A program made the translations under genes and the position numbers. Positions 1 to 17,420 of a stretch of 64,000 nt of DNA are shown in pieces (position 1 is the first letter of the stretch; each line of letters opens with the position of its first letter). The notes under the pieces are model-generated. The model made no database searches, was not told the origin of the DNA, and was given only the letters and a program-made list of their open reading frames with translations. Source of the DNA: the human T2T-CHM13v2.0 reference genome, Homo sapiens. Location: positions 5,184,001 to 5,248,000 of the forward strand of contig CP086569.2 of assembly GCA_009914755.4 (NCBI GenBank). Reading direction: 5' to 3'.

Positions 1-3000
1 CTGTCTTCCTTGGATGACAGCTTATATTCTAGACCTTTCCTCCTACCATAGCCTCATCAGATTATTTACAATGAACCCTGCTCTTTGAAGCTAGTTAATT
101 TGTTAAAAAGCAAAAACAAAATAGAAACCCAATTCAAAAACAGCACTATTGATTGCTGCTGGGTTACTGTGGATACTGGAACAGATAATGTCTGCATTTT
201 CAAAGGATTTTCTTGAGACACATTCATGGAGACACATGTGGCCCTGGTAAAGAACAAGTTGTGAGTCTACTTTTGAGGATTTTACATATCCAGGTATAGT
301 GTTAACTCAGAGATTTGAGGATAGTGAGATCCTCTTGGGACTACTGTAAACACATTAAACTATGTATGGCCCTATGCTCCTATCTACTTATTTTTAAGTA
401 GTCTCAGGTAAAATATGATTTTTGAGGATATGATTTAAAAATGCTTTCCAATTTGTTTTCTAAATTTTTTTTCTGTTTTTATAATTCAGACTGAGTGCTG
501 AGACATACAGAAATATTAGCAAATGTCTACACATTAAACTTCTGAGATTTTTTAATACTCTATGTTTATGAAGCCAGGGTTTTTATGTTTTGTCCTCAAA
601 TAGAGAATGCATTGCTGCTATTTCACTACAGGTAAGTTGGATCTAAAAGGGTAACTACTAATATTTTTACATTTCTACTGATCTGCTGGCATATTATAAT
701 TTTCCAGCTTCATTGGAAGAAATAAAATAGCCATAATTCTTTGGAAGATAAATGGTGAAATAGAGTATTGCTAAAGAGGCTCAAATCAGTCTTCAGCTTT
801 CTAGTCATAAATCAGTACAATTGCAGAGAAAAATCCCCCTAAAATGAAGAGGAGAATGATTTAGTTTATATCAGTATTTTAATTTTCTTCAACTGAACAA
901 GTTATGTCATCTGTATTTTTTAAAACCTCTTCATTGTATGTGATCATTTCACGCATGAAGTCACTCTATCTGAAAATGTTATAGCTGGTCTAGTGTCCAG
1001 CATTGAATCTTAAAGTAACAAAATACTTGAGTGAAATTTCTTCATCTTCCCCCAAAAAAGTTAATGCTTTTCCTCTTTTTGTATAACATAGTCATTTCTG
1101 TGATACAAAAGAAGAAAATATAGAGTTTCAAGAACATTTAGGGCTAAAAAATTATATGTTTAAAATAAAGATCAATATATGTTTTTATTAAAATGATGTC
1201 TGCTAGAGTTTATCTCATGTTAGCAAATCTGTTTGACATTCATTTTTATTTCAGTAGATCAGGTTTGCTTAGCACTCAAATACACTACTAATTAATTCAC
1301 AACAAGGAAGTAATTAATCTTTCCCTGGCAAGGCACTTTGATTGATCTTCTACCAGTAATCCAATAAATTGGTATAAAAAGTGGGAGACCAATTTGATTG
1401 ACTAGAATGAATTTCTACTCAGAGAAATGCCAGATTTTCTCCTGATCTGCTAAGAGTATTGACATGAATAACACTAGGGTAATTACTAGTAAGTGTTTGA
1501 ACATCTCATTATTTGAATATCTAATTCTAAACATAGACTACTGGTAAAATTAAAAAATCAAAACCAAAAACTGTGAAACGTTAAAAGAATAAGCTAGTAA
1601 TGGGTCATTAAAACTCAGCCTTTCATAATTAAAAACATTAGGAGTCAGTTGTCTAAAAGCAAAATAAAGCCATGGAAATATTTTTCCCTGGAAAATATTG
1701 ATATACTAGTACCTTGGGGAAAGCAGTGATCTAATTATTTATCTAAAAAATTCAAGGAGAAAATATGATTCAATTATAGAAAAAAGGAGTAGTATTGGTT
1801 AGTATATTTAAGAGAAGAGTAACACTTCTGATGTGGCAGAAAATCATCTGAGTCCACAGTTCAGCTAATATTACCCGTATAACTGTTAATTAAGTGTTTT
1901 TGTTTGCTGCTATATGCCCAGGAAAATTTGACTCCATAGGCTTTCTAATATTTCTTTAAAATGCATTTTTGACGAAAGTCACATATCAATTCATGTATTA
2001 CAATAAAAAGAAAAGTGAATGCATCATTTTGTTAATATTTTTACATGAAACAAATGGGAAATATATTCCACTTAACAAAAAGAAATTATGCTCCCTTTAA
2101 AGGTTAATTACATAGCAAGGCCAATTCTGACTCTGTAGGCTATGTATTTGTAAGATTATTTCTTAAAACTGTGCTCAGTAGCCTATATAATAGTGTCAGT
2201 CCATGGTAGAAAGGGGGGAGTAAAATAATTTAAATCAGCTCAGCAAGCTTAATGTCATGTGTTTTGAAAAATGAATCAATCAGTATTTCTAAGGAGTGAT
2301 GTTATCATTATCAATGATATCAGTTATGGTCTATTTCAAGAAAGAGGTTGAACTCCATGGCCCCGGGTTCTGGAAATATAGGACATATGCCTGCTCTATT
2401 TCATTGCCTTGCCAAGAGAAAACAATATATAGCTTTATGCTGCTACTGAAAATTTAAAAATTTCCTTAATATTTATTAATATTTTTAAGGTAACAATAAT
2501 ATCAAAGTCACTTTTATTCTTTTTCAAATGAAATATCATTGTAATAATTGATACTGTCAATGATTATTACCAGTTTATTTTAGTCCGTGATGTGTTATGT
2601 AAATAGTGTTAGAAAAGTATCTATATATAAATAGGTTATAAAGAATGGTTCCACCCAAGAGTTCAGCCATCTGCCATTGTTTTAGAGAGAATAAGGTATA
2701 CTTGGTAGTGACAGTAGTTTTTATAATAAATGTGCTTAGGCAGGTATAAACAGTGATCTGGTAGCAGATGCTCTGTGATGTATATTAATTTTACCATTTA
2801 AACTGACATGCTTTTCAAAAGTAAATCTTTCTCTATTGAAGCTTCTGAAAGTTTATAAATACATTATAATAAGAAAAATGGGTAAAACACGTCTTACGAT
2901 ACCATCCTATCATATTCAACTTCCCTATATAAGAGATGCAATCTCAATGTAGACCAATTGAAAAATGACTGCTAATTTGGAGTATATAGGCTTTGGGAAG

Positions 3001-5378
3001 GCAACAAAAGCTTTATGCTAGAGATAATCTTTAAACAATTATAGAGGTCATGAATTAAAATGAGAAGTATATCTTTAAAGTTGGAGACTTGAAGACATTT
3101 ACAGGATTTTATTTGGGTGACAGTCTCTAAGATGAGTGTATCTTTAATATCTTAAATATAATATGGATTAGATAGAGGTTGATCACTCAAAAGCAGGCCA
3201 CTATAAGTAAAGCAATCTCTTATCTTGTCTTTTCTGTTTGAAAGTGACAAGCACTAGGAGACTGGCACAAGCTGCCAGTTGAAAGCCAATGCCATAGGTC
3301 TGGAATGTCAATAAGCTTGAATAATCACCTAAAGTGGCAGAGAATAGGTGGCCTTCTCTTCACAATAAACCTTCTCTTGCTTCTAAATTTTATTAAGCTT
3401 CCTACACCAAATAATAAAGGTCATTTAACATTTGTGTTTCTATAATTTATGAGCCATGAGGCGATTCATTTTATGACAACATTCTTTCTTCTGCTTTTTA
3501 AAAAATCTTACTTCTCACTTTCCTTTGCCTATAAGACAGACTATTTGCCATTTGTTATTTTTTGTAGTTCTTTGAAAGTCAGTATAATCAGTCATTCAAG
3601 ATGTAGCATTTGGGTGACTTGGAATATTTAGTAGTGTTAGCCACACATCAACTTCTTATTTTAAAATGATTTATAAATTTTAATGAATGAGGAGTATTAT
3701 AGCAACATATTTTTAATCCCCATGACACTTTTAAAATTGGACAATAACTTGCAACTCTCATGATTGCTTTCATCAACAGAACATTCAACAACTGGTGAAT
3801 ATATCAAGGAATTCATTAAAAAATGAATAACTATAGACCATCTGTCTTACCATGATTTCTATGATTTTTTAATTTACATTTTATTGAATATTGAAGATGC
3901 CCAATAGAGAATAGAATAGAGATAACAGTGTTCGCTTAGCCAATTTTTTCTCTCTCTTAATCAATAATCTTAGAAATTGTTTTCCCAGTTCCACTAGGTA
4001 CATGGTCTTTATCTGGCATTAATCAATCTTATATTGGAAATGTTTGTATGTTATCTAAACAAACTTTTTCTGAATAGTGTATATGAAATAAGCCATTAAA
4101 AGTTTAGTTTTTTCTTAGAAAATTCTTCTCTTGCAATTTGTATAGACCTGAAAGGCTGGTAATTTTAAATATTATTTTGGGGTATCTAATTATACGATAA
4201 AAATATTTGAACATTGAATACAAATTTTTATTGCGGTAATTCTTTGTGTAATCACTATTCATGAAACCTTTTCAGCACAGACCATTGTAGATAATTTGTT
4301 TTAGGCAATCATCTTACGTATTACAGAACTCTAGTCCGTTTACTACAATTAACTAGCTCTGTGAACTTGGATAGGTCTTTTAACTTCACTGTCTCTTTTT
4401 CTTAATTTATATAATGAAGGGATTATACGAATCTCTAGTGCCCCTTCTAGGGTCATAATTTTGTAACTATTAAAATCCCAGAATTTACATGTGCAGGTGT
4501 TGCCTTTTACATTGTCTTTAAATTCTAGAGCTCTCAGGGACCTTGGGTGCTATTTAGTCCAGCTCCCTCATTATGCAAATGAGATAACTGAGATTTGGCC
4601 CTTTTAAGCAACAACTTAATGTTCTAAATTAAGATTTGAAGTGTATCGTTTATCGTGTTCTAAAATAAGAGTCACTAATGTTGGTAAGCAGCTACTTTTG
4701 AAATTTAAATGAAACAACTCATGAGAGAAAAGTAGTATAAAATTTAGCATTATCATCACTCAAGGGGACTGTTACAATATATCCAAATGGAGAACTTTTT
4801 TATATGTGATGAGGCCCTTTATTTTTTTAAAAAGGTTCCTGTTTTAAAAATGCCCTGAAAGAGCATTTGGAGCAATACAGACTGCCGATTTCTAAAATTA
4901 CTGTTTGTGCTAACCAGTGAAAGTACTGCAGAAAAAACTGTAAACATGCTGAATGATAATGATCTCTATGTCAGGAAAACTAGCCACTTTTCACTATGCT
5001 TATCTAATGTAGTTAAATTGTGTGTACGTGTGTGTATGATTACTTCCAGAACAACTTGGAATTAAAAAATGAATTTTAGAAGGTAAATTTCCTTTGAATA
5101 TGATGAAAAGTGCATAAACAGAATCTCCAGGAGGAGAAACGCAGAATATGTGAATATATCTTTTATGCATTCTGCTGTAAACTCAGCTCTTCCTCTATAT
5201 GAAATTCCTGTGTAACTCTATGCTACTTCTACTTTCCAGAAGAATGAAGTCTCAGTTAACAAGGAATTGATATTCATAGACTCAATCGACTGAGTTAATA
5301 GTGTGCCATATAGTCAAAATGTTTTGGGTAAACCCTATTATAATAGTCCTTTTTGGATAATGATTAGAACTTGAGATG

Positions 5379-5864
<486 letters not shown>

Positions 5865-6344
5865 AGTTATATGAAGTTTGTCTTACATATAAAGTCTGTT
5901 AGCTTTTATTTATACTAATAGATGACATCATAGAAATTGATGCTCTGGATTAAGAAAGTCATGCAAAAATAAAAATATTTTGAGAAGAATACTTGATCAT
6001 CTTGAAAATAGCATTAGTTTTATAGGACAATATTATTGAAGCATGTAAAAAAAACAGTGAGTTTTAATTAACTTTTAGAAGATTCTACTCCTACTCCTTG
6101 GCTTATCAATAGTGCATTGCAAGGTTCACTTGGCTCACTATAATTTTTATTTTAATGATGTTGTTTTCCAGGGCTGAGTTTAGACTGTGATTTCCTTAGA
6201 TTTATGCATGTAACTTAATCTAAAACTGAACCTGACAATTTTTTCTAACTGATTGTTCCATTTAACTGTATTCTGTCTCTTTGGAAAGTGTGTGTCCTCA
6301 TATTGCAGAAATGCCTCTTAAATTTGATTTGAAGAAGGAGTCAA

Positions 6345-6429
6345 TTTTTTTTTTGGGGGGTGGGGGAACGGAATCTCACTGTCACCCAGGCTGGAGTGCA
6401 GTGGCGCGATCTCAGCTCACTGCAACCTG
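6345..6429 (-). mobile_element. 5'-truncated Alu fragment (3' part only), antisense. Its poly-A tail appears as a T-run followed by an unusual G-rich stretch.
   Basis: tttttttttt gggggggtggggg aacggaatctcactgtcacccaggctggagtgcagtggcgcgatctcagctcactgcaacctg is the reverse complement of the Alu 3' portion. Confidence 0.7.
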
Positions 6430-7761
6430 AGAGGAGTCAACTTTACAGAGGTACATACATGTCTTCTACATTCTTTTAAAGAATGTAGCTAATTAATCTG
6501 ATTTTTAAAGACTAAGTTAAATATTAACAAGGAATTCAGGGATCTTTGCCTCATTCAGACTGTAGTTACAAGGACAGAGTACTCATTAGAGATATTTTTG
6601 ATATATGAATGCACCAAAGGCATTCTCAGTTGTTGGATAAATCATGTATTTGATTCAGCTGTTTGTGTTTGTTTTCTTCGTTCAGATAATCTTCTATAAA
6701 AGCTACTTTTACTAGCTTAAATCCATTGCAAACTTTGCAGTAATAATGTTTTCTAATTTCTCTTCCCCCAGTTGATTATGAATTATACTGGACAGAAGAA
6801 CAGGATACATTGAAAAATTTCACACAAATATGTTTTTATTCAAGTAGAAAACTGGAGTTTTAGGATTTGACCCAAATTAAATCCAAATATTGAAATTTCA
6901 ATTCAAAGTGCCATAGTATTGAACTATTAAGTCTTCCCTTCTGAAATAACTAGCCATTACATTTTTGCAAAACAGCTTAACTTATGAAATATAATATCTG
7001 AAATCCAAATATCATGGCGAAAGATCTTAAACAAAGTGAGCCCAATTCAATACCCATGTAACTTTGGCAAATATCCCCTCAGGGTTTCAAAGGATATGAA
7101 CTGTGGCTAAGTAAAAAAACCTTTCATCTAGAAAGATCCCATAATGCCCAACAGTCTGAAGTGAATCTGTCTATGTGTTAGTACTCAATACAGGGTAAAA
7201 ACATACTGCTTTCAGGGCAGAGAATTGGAATTTCACTGCACAAGGGAAATTTATCATATGCTTGAAACTGAACTTTCAGAGCTGCTTTAGCAATACTATT
7301 TTTTGCAGAAAGAAAAAAAAAAGTTGACCTTCAGAGACCTTGTTTTCAAAAGACCATGAATTTCTTTGTCTACTCCCAAAAAGATTTTTTTTGAAATCAG
7401 AGAATTTTAATACCCGTAAGAGATGCAGATATGTTTAATTCTCTTATATTCTGTTTCTTTCTTAGTCTCTTATCTACAAAACACATTTTAGTGGTTATTA
7501 AAGTATATAAGACTAAATAACTCGTTATGAAGAGAAGCATTCTATTGGAGTGGGACCAGATTGCCTAGAAGAGAATATCAAGTCTGCTCCTTCCTAGTAG
7601 TATGACATTTGACAAGACATTTAGGCTTCCTGTGCCTCAGCTTTGTGCATCCTTAAAATGAGAATAATAAAAGCAGTTGCTTTGTAGCATTGTTGTATTA
7701 AATGAAAGTGCATGTATTTGTCTGCATATATACATATATTTACAGCATTTAAAAATATTTT

Positions 7762-8078
<317 letters not shown>

Positions 8079-8465
8079 TCACACAGCACTTTTCAGTTTC
8101 AAATGCATACAGACCACCTAGAAATTTTGTTAAAATGCAAACTCAGCAGTTGGGTATAGGGACCAGAGAGTTTTCATTTCTAACAAGTCCCCAGGGTATG
8201 TGAATACTGTTGGTGTGGGGGCTACACTTTGGGTAGCAAAGTTCTAACAAATGTGCTTAGCAGCTGACCCAGGTAAAGATGAAGGAGAGCAGAGCAGCAA
8301 TTGGCCATGATAAACTGAGGCATTAAAATAACTCATGACAATCTGTCCTAAAGCCTCAGACACATTGTATTATATTTTAAGATACATAAAATTTTACCAT
8401 ACTGGAGTTTGTATTATAGAGACTTTGAGATAATTCTCATAGTAAAGTGCAGAAAAGCATTATAG

Positions 8466-8898
<433 letters not shown>

Positions 8899-10999
8899 TT
8901 TTTCTGATAATTTTTATTTGAAAAACAATGCACTCCATTTATACGTCACCCATGTCATCTAGGTGAATATAAATGCCATTTTTATTTTAGGTGTTCAACT
9001 ATAGGCAAGCTCTTCATTTCTAGGAAACTGATCAGAAGAATAACAGGGCAGATAGGGCATTCGCAAAGCAGAGTACCAGCTGCGCTGTCAACTAATCAAG
9101 TCAGCAAACATCTCTGCAGGTGAAGTCATTGTGATTCCTATTAACTCAAGCAGATTAAGAATTCTTCTGGATCATTGCTAGTGTTGATGTGTCAACTTTT
9201 GCAAACAATTATCAGACTGGGAAAGGTGAACAAAGGAAGCCAAGAAAGTCACAGGAAGTAGACAAAAAAGATGCAGATAAGTTTTCCATTGAATGTGGGG
9301 TGCTGGACTGTTTTATTTGACCACTTTTGCCTATATCCAGAAGAATTTGTTTGTTGTGTATGCAATTGAGTCATAGAAAAGAAACGTCCTGTTGTTAAAG
9401 TTCTCATAGTTTTGGGAAACATATTTGCTTAGCTATTCAATGTGGATATATTCTATGATAGGAACTTTAATTAGGTAACTGCTGATTATGTGTAAGTTTT
9501 ATTTCTTTTTTTTATCTCATTGCTTACTTATATATCCTAGTTTAATTCCAAAGAGTGAAAAAATATTGACTGATTATTTGTTCTTGCATCTTTTTTAATT
9601 ATCACCATTCATTTTCATTGCAATCTCCTTCTCCCAGTATGTTTTATGAGGCTTTGTGCCTTGAGTGTAATGGGCATAAAATGAAGGGAAGTCTATGTTT
9701 TTAGTATGCATGATGTTTTCTGAATATAGATGCTTAAGGAAATTGTAGGCAGGTGTGTTTTCATCTCTCACACTATGTGGCTTTTTCTATTCCATGGTAG
9801 GAATCAAAGATAGCCAAGTTAAGAACATTGTGGCTCATTGGAATTAGAACTTCATGCAGTTTAAAACTGATTATTTTATTTGTTTCAAATTATTTTAGCA
9901 TTCTCAAATTAACCATCCAAAGTTTCCCCAGAGATGAATAGTTTCACATCTTACAATAGCACCAGCAATAATAAATATATAGTCAACATTTTCCTTTTTT
10001 CATATTTAAATGTACAGACTACTTTTTGAGATGTTAGAAAAAGTAGATTGATAATGTGTCATTGCAAACTTATAATCAGGCTTATTGTCACATAGGCATA
10101 AGCACAAATAAACATTCCTCCTCAAGGTGTGGAGGAATATTGAATATATTGAAGATGAAGCAAACTAACTCTCAACAGGAAGGAATAATAGTATACTTGG
10201 CATCTTTATAACTCCAAATCATCACGGAAGTAAAACATTTTTAATATTACATTTTTTTCTTGTGTAGACATGGCAGCACAATTTTGTTTTACTTCATCAC
10301 AAGAGTGTTTCATTGCAAATTTTAAGAATATTTTTATAATTTTCTTTACAATGGCTGTATTACATGAGACCAAGCCATTTCATTGTAATATTTTAAGGTG
10401 ATTTATTGCTAGTAACCACAAGGCAATATGCCATCTTTTATTAAAAAAATTCCACAGGAAGCATAATGACTATGTTTTTTAATCAATGCAATTTGTTTTA
10501 AAGGATTTTATCTTGAAGTTAGTAACGAAACTTCTGTACATCTGGAATGCTGAATGTCCTATCAGACTTCAGCCTGTGCTGATATATAACAAGTATAAAT
10601 ATATCTAATGAAGATAGTTTTAGGCAAATATGAGGGTTCTGGAAGCAATAATTTGAAGTTTTGAAAAATTACTATGGATCAAATGATAACGCTTCATTTG
10701 TATTCTGCTTTTTTGTCCTTGGATCTACGTTTTTACTTTAAGCAAATGTAAAAATGGCTGTAAAGAGATATAATCATTTTTGTGAAAAAGTAAATGGCCT
10801 TAAGCTGGTTACATGAATTAATCCTTCATGTCCTTTACTCCTTTCTGCTTTTGAAGGAAAGATTAATTCCGTTATCAAATTAACACGTGCACAAATATTT
10901 GGTACTGTATATTCAGTGGAATGAATATGATTAGAAAAAAGGGGACCTGATATACAGTCTAGGTTCTGTCAATAACTCTGTAACCTAGGTGACACAAAC

Positions 11000-11730
11000 A
11001 AATGGAAAAACATTCCAAGCTCATGGATAGGAAGAATCAATATCATTAAAATGACCGTGTTACCCAAAGCAATTTACAGATTCAATTCTATTCCTATCAA
11101 ACTACCGATTACATTCTTCACAGAACGAGAAAAAGGCTATTTTAAAATTCATATGGAACCAAAAGAAAGCCTGAATAGCCAAGGCAAATCTTAAAAAGAA
11201 CAAAGCAGGAGGCATCACACTGCTCTAATTCAAACTATAGTACAAGGATCCAGTAACCAAAACAACATGGTACTGGTATAAAAACAGGCACATAGACCAG
11301 TGGGACCGAATAGAGAGCCCAGAAGTAAGGCCACACACATACAATCATCTGGTCCTTGACAAAGCTGAGAAAAAGAAGCAATGGGGAAAGAACTCCCTAG
11401 TCAATAAATGGTGCTGGGATAACTGGCTATATGCAGAAGATTGAAGCTGGACTGCTTCCTTACACCGTATACAAAAATCAACACAAGGTGGGTTAAAGAT
11501 TTAAATGTAAAACCCCAAACTATAAAACCCTGGAATACAGCCTAAGCATCCATTCTCGACATAGGAACTGGCAAAGATTTCAAGACCACAAAAGCAAGTG
11601 CAACAAAAGCAAACATTGACAAATGGGAATCTAATTTAATGAAAGAGCTTCTGCACAGCAAAATAACTATCAACAGAGTAAACAGACAACTTAAACAGCA
11701 TCTATAAGGAACAACTGCTAAATTACACAA
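11000..11730 (+). mobile_element. LINE-1 fragment covering the ORF2 C-terminal region, truncated at both ends.
   Basis: It translates in frame to L1 ORF2-like sequence: ...[32 protein letters not shown]...[23 protein letters not shown]...[15 protein letters not shown].... The characteristic L1 nucleotide motif gatttaaatgtaaaaccccaaactataaaaaccctgg is present. Confidence 0.85.
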
Positions 11731-11829
11731 TTGCTTCTTAGGCAAATACAAGACAAGTAATTAACATTGTATTTTCAACTATGCATTTGAAATTTTATAC
11801 ATGTTTATAATTTCATATATTTGCCAAAA

Positions 11830-11862
11830 GTGTGTGCGTGTGTGTATATATATGTATATATA
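11830..11862. repeat. Compound dinucleotide microsatellite (TG)n(TA)n, imperfect.
   Basis: gtgtgtgcgtgtgtgtatatatatgtatatata. Confidence 0.9.
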
Positions 11863-12187
11863 CCAAAGATTCTAATTGAAGATGAATAGTGCATTTAAAT
11901 TCTGGAAATTTTACTACCTTGCCTCTTGAGATACTGATAATGGAGAACTTCCAGAACAAAAGAATACAACGAATAAATGATAAACCAAAAATCACTAATA
12001 AAATACAAGAAGCTCATCTTAAATTAGTCTTAATTATTAATTTTCACCTAGATCTTCACCTTTAAAGTTTTCAAAACTCCTAGTTATTTTGTTTCAAAAC
12101 ATCATGAGTTGTTTCATGTGTCATTACTGTGTGTTCTGAGTATCTGTTTATACGTGTGTACTGGGATATGTGTCCGGGCATTTACGT

Positions 12188-12224
12188 TTTTTTGTTTGTT
12201 TGTTTGTTTGTTTGTTTGTTTTGT
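12188..12224. repeat. (TTTG)n tetranucleotide microsatellite, about 9 units.
   Basis: tttttttgtttgtttgtttgtttgtttgtttgttttg. Confidence 0.95.
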
Positions 12225-14674
12225 AGAGTGTGAATCTGCAAGTCATTTTATGCATATCTCCTGGGGGTTTAAAAATAAATCTCTTCTTTCTGCTAAATCA
12301 AGTTGTAAATATCTCGTTTAGTCTGCTACTACAGTAACTCATGAAAAGAGAAAGATTGCTTTTCAACATTTTACCTCTGTCCTCATTTTATGTCAGTGAC
12401 TGCTGATTATATGTACTATTAGTGAAACAGAAATCAGCATGGAGCACTTAAGTTGCTTTTCAAATAAAGTTCTTCTTTCAGCATTTAGTTTCCCAGAAGG
12501 CTTTTAATCAAGGTTATGGGAAAGTCCATAAACTTTCTGCTGAATATTTAACAAGCTGGAAGTCACTGCAAATGTGTTTTTTCAAGGACAAGGGAAATGA
12601 GATTGCAATCAGGAAAATAGAAGACCTTATAATAAGCAAAGCTTTGTCTTCTGGATAAAATCTAACAAGAAAATCAAAGTGACTCACATTTTCAAGTTTC
12701 CTTGTAAGATTTAAAAATTTTCCTAGTTTGGATCATCATTTTCAAAATGGTAAATAGGACTGAGTAATTCATTTGAGTCCAATTACTATCTTATCTTTAA
12801 GAAGATGGTTGGAATGAGTTCTGCAAAATGGTGATAGCGGCAGAATATAAGAAGATGTCACTGAAGTTCCACTGTTTAATATTAAAAGCATAATTCTTTT
12901 GGATAAAAGAAATTTTATAAAATTTACAAATGTCATGTGATTACTATATATTTTGTAAATGACCTAGCCCACCCTCATCAAAGCAAAAACCTCACAAAAC
13001 TATGTTTCCACTCTCACAGGAATCAAAAGTTATGAAAAGAGATAGGAACAGATTCAAAAATACTTACATATTGTATTTTCTTTTAACATGAAAGAAAATT
13101 GGAAGTTTCTTTCAACATTGTCTGTCTACTGAGAATGGTGACAAGGAGTAAAAATAGAAATGCATACTTTGGACTTTCAAAGAAATGTAAGGATATTTGG
13201 CAGCTTTAGTGTGGTAAGGGCAAGTTATGATCATGTGTATCATGCCTACTGTGTAATAAAAGAATGAATACATTTTCATTCTATCCTCATTTATATTAAA
13301 ATAATCTATGTAGGGAAGTTAAGTCTTTCCCTCGATCACATAGAAATGTAGAGTAAAAATTTCACTCTTATCGCCTCTGATTGCTAAATCAGAAAAATTT
13401 ATACAAGACATTTATCCTTACTGTACCTTCAAGTTTTGATATATAGTAAGAATATCCTACTGTTTGTTATTTATCTTAAAGTTTTATGTATGGATATAGA
13501 AACATTATTCTTTTCTGAAAAGAAAATTTTGACTTTTAAGGAAAAATTATATAGTAGGAGTTCAAATAGATTGCAACTTACCTCCTTCCTGCTTACATAA
13601 TTTTGGAACTGTTCTAGCAGAGTTTAAGAAGAACTGTGAGGGGTAGGCAATAGGTTGGTCTTTGAGCTTAATCACTGAATTCCACTTCTCCAACCTGTGC
13701 ATGAGTGAAATAAGCAGGTATTGGAGAAAGGACTTGGCTACATATTATGGAAGCCAACTCTGGTCTCTGCCACTTGGTGCAAGTGAACATATAACTGAAG
13801 AATTTTAAGAGACAATAATGGTTTGTTGTGTCTGAGCAATTTTCAATGCATGCAAATCATATTCTATATTTATTTTGTTATTGCCCCTAACACCTCCTAC
13901 AAAGTAATATATATTGTAAGAATGGTGGGGGGTTGTGACTTGAGGAAGTACATATTCATGCGCCATCAGGTTTCCTCCTCTGTGTAATGTACACAATAAT
14001 ACTGCCTACCTCTTTGGATTATTTTGAGGGCCAAATGACATAAGCAATACAATACCCTTAACACCACATTTCACACACCTTAAACAATTTACTGTTAATA
14101 ATGGATACTTTTCTAATCATATTCAAGCCATGAACTCCCTCCCCATAATAATAAACATTCATTCAAGGATTCACATAGCATTTCACAAAGTCTTTGATCA
14201 CTTTGGAGATTCAGTTGTCTGACCTAAACAAGAAAGGCCATAGGTATTAGCCTATTACGTTAGAGGAAACTTCATTGACCATTTTGTCTTCTCAGGCCAA
14301 TCCACTCATGTTAATAAGTGATTTCTCTGGTTGTTTTTAGAAGAGAATTGTTTAACAAAGTTGAATGAGTTCATGAGTCATATAGACAAAGCTTTAGTTG
14401 TATTTTTTTTAAAAGTAGCTCTTCTTTTGTTTCCATTGCAAAGAAGATTATATTGGCATTCAGAATAAAGAAGAAAATAAAATGAACCATAATCTCAGTA
14501 CCAAGATAACATCAGTTATATTAAAAATAAAAGTATTAACATGTGTATACATGGTAAAACATTTAAACACCACTGTAAGATATGAAAGTAAAAGTTAGTG
14601 TCTCCCTCAGCACCTCTCTTCACTGCTCACAAACACCTCTTACAACAGATAATTTCTGTTAAAAGCTTTTTCTG

Positions 14675-15015
<341 letters not shown>

Positions 15016-15436
15016 TTATTTATATGCATATAGATGATTTTAAAATTATTAACCAAGTGAGTATTACTATACACAAGTGTTGATGTCTTGTTTTGTTTTT
15101 CACTTAAAGTATGTCTTGCAGAATTTTCTACATTAAAAAGAATAGATATATCTCATTATTTTAGCGGTGGCATGGTATTCTAATGACTTTGATGGACCAT
15201 GACTGATTTAACCTGTTCATAACTATTTAGGTAATGTCTAGATTTTAGCTAAAACAGACAATGCTGCAATGAATATCATTGAGCAGAAATTGTAATGCTC
15301 TATTACTAGTCTATCTGTCATGGAAACAATGGAATTGTTGGATGAAAAGGAATGTGCAAGTTTTATTATTAAAATTTTCAATCATTAAGAAAAAAGACTG
15401 ATAATACATAATTGTTTCTATCCTCTAATATTTTCA

Positions 15437-15946
<510 letters not shown>

Positions 15947-16731
15947 TTATAAATGGTGTAGTCATGTACAGACCTTTCTGCTGTTGACTCCTTTTGCATG
16001 TTCTTATTTATTGGCATATGTAAGTTTAGTCCCTCCACTTCCACTGTTTTGTAGTGTTTTGTATGAACATTTCACAGAAATTAGTTACCTATTGATATTT
16101 TCAAGTTATGTTGTTTACAATACTTGACCATAACAAAAACTGCTACAAAGAACAACCTTGTACATACTTTCTGTTGCTCATGTTTAAAGTTACTCTTGGG
16201 TATTTACCTGTTATTAAAATTGTTGAGTTGCATGTTCAACCTATCTGAAGTCTCTAAGTAGTACAAGAGAGTTGTTGCTCAACATCCCATAGCCATTTGA
16301 CACCATATTTTAATTGTTCAAATGTGAAAATTGTAAAATGGAACTTCATTTTGTCTTTTATGTACATTTTCTAGTTTACTGATATGATTGAATATCTATT
16401 CAAAAATGTATTACTTATTATGTGTTTTTCTTCTCTTGATTAAACTATTCATAAATGTAGCTGATTTTTAAATTTGATTATTTTTACTTAATTATTCTTA
16501 TATTCTTTACATAGTCTTGATAAAAATAATCAGATATGTGTATGGCATGTGTCATCTTTCAGTCTTCTATTCATCTTCTCTCTATGTACATTAAAACACA
16601 TGTATTTCTAGATATTGTTAAGCTGCCTGACAAAAAGGGTAAACTAGTTTATAATCCCACTAAGTGTGTATGAGGTTACTCTTCCCCTACACTTTTGCAG
16701 ATACTGGATACTATTAAAGTGTTTTTTTTGT

Positions 16732-17035
16732 TTGTTTGTTTCTGTTTTTTGTTTTTTGAGACGGAGTCTTGTTCTGTTGCCCAGGCTGGAGTGCAGTGGC
16801 ATAATCTCGGCTCACTGAAACCTCTGCCTCCGGGTTCAAGCAATTCTCCTGCCTCAGCCTCCTGAGTACCTGGGATTACAGGCACATGCCACCATGCCAG
16901 GCTAATTTTTGTATTTTTAGTAGAGACGGGGTTTTACCATGTTGGCCAAGCTGGTCTCGAACTCCTGACCTTGTGATCCATCCACCTCGGCCTCACAAAG
17001 TGCTGGGATTACAGGTGTGAGCCACCTTGCCAGCC
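16732..17035 (-). mobile_element. Full-length Alu, antisense. Its tail is degenerating into a (TTTG)n-like run. The 12-bp TSD is ttaaagtgtttt (16724-16735 and 17036-17047).
   Basis: ...gttttttgagacggagtcttgttctgttgcccaggctggagtgcagtggcataatctcggctcactgaaacc...gtgtgagccaccttgccagcc. Confidence 0.95.
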
Positions 17036-17420
17036 TTAAAGTGTTTTAATATTAAGAAATGAATAGATGAAAAAAATTGTCTCATTGATGCCTAGATATA
17101 ATTTTCCATATTTATAAGTGAGACAGGGCATCTTAGCATGTTTTAACATGTGTTTATCAGAATAGTAATTTCAGCTACAGAAAATTCCCTTTATCATTAT
17201 TATTTGAAATATAAGACTTTTGCAAATAACTGCAGTTTTTTCGTAAAAGCAGTTTGTCAATTTCATAGAGTTAGATGCATCTGAAATTAATTTGCCTTGT
17301 CAAGCTCATGTAGAAGGGGGAAGAAACACCACAAATGTCAGTGTTTGCCAAAGTTACTGGAATGCGTGTAATAAAGTGAAATGCTTCATTTATTACTATT
17401 GTTTAATGAAATAGTATTTG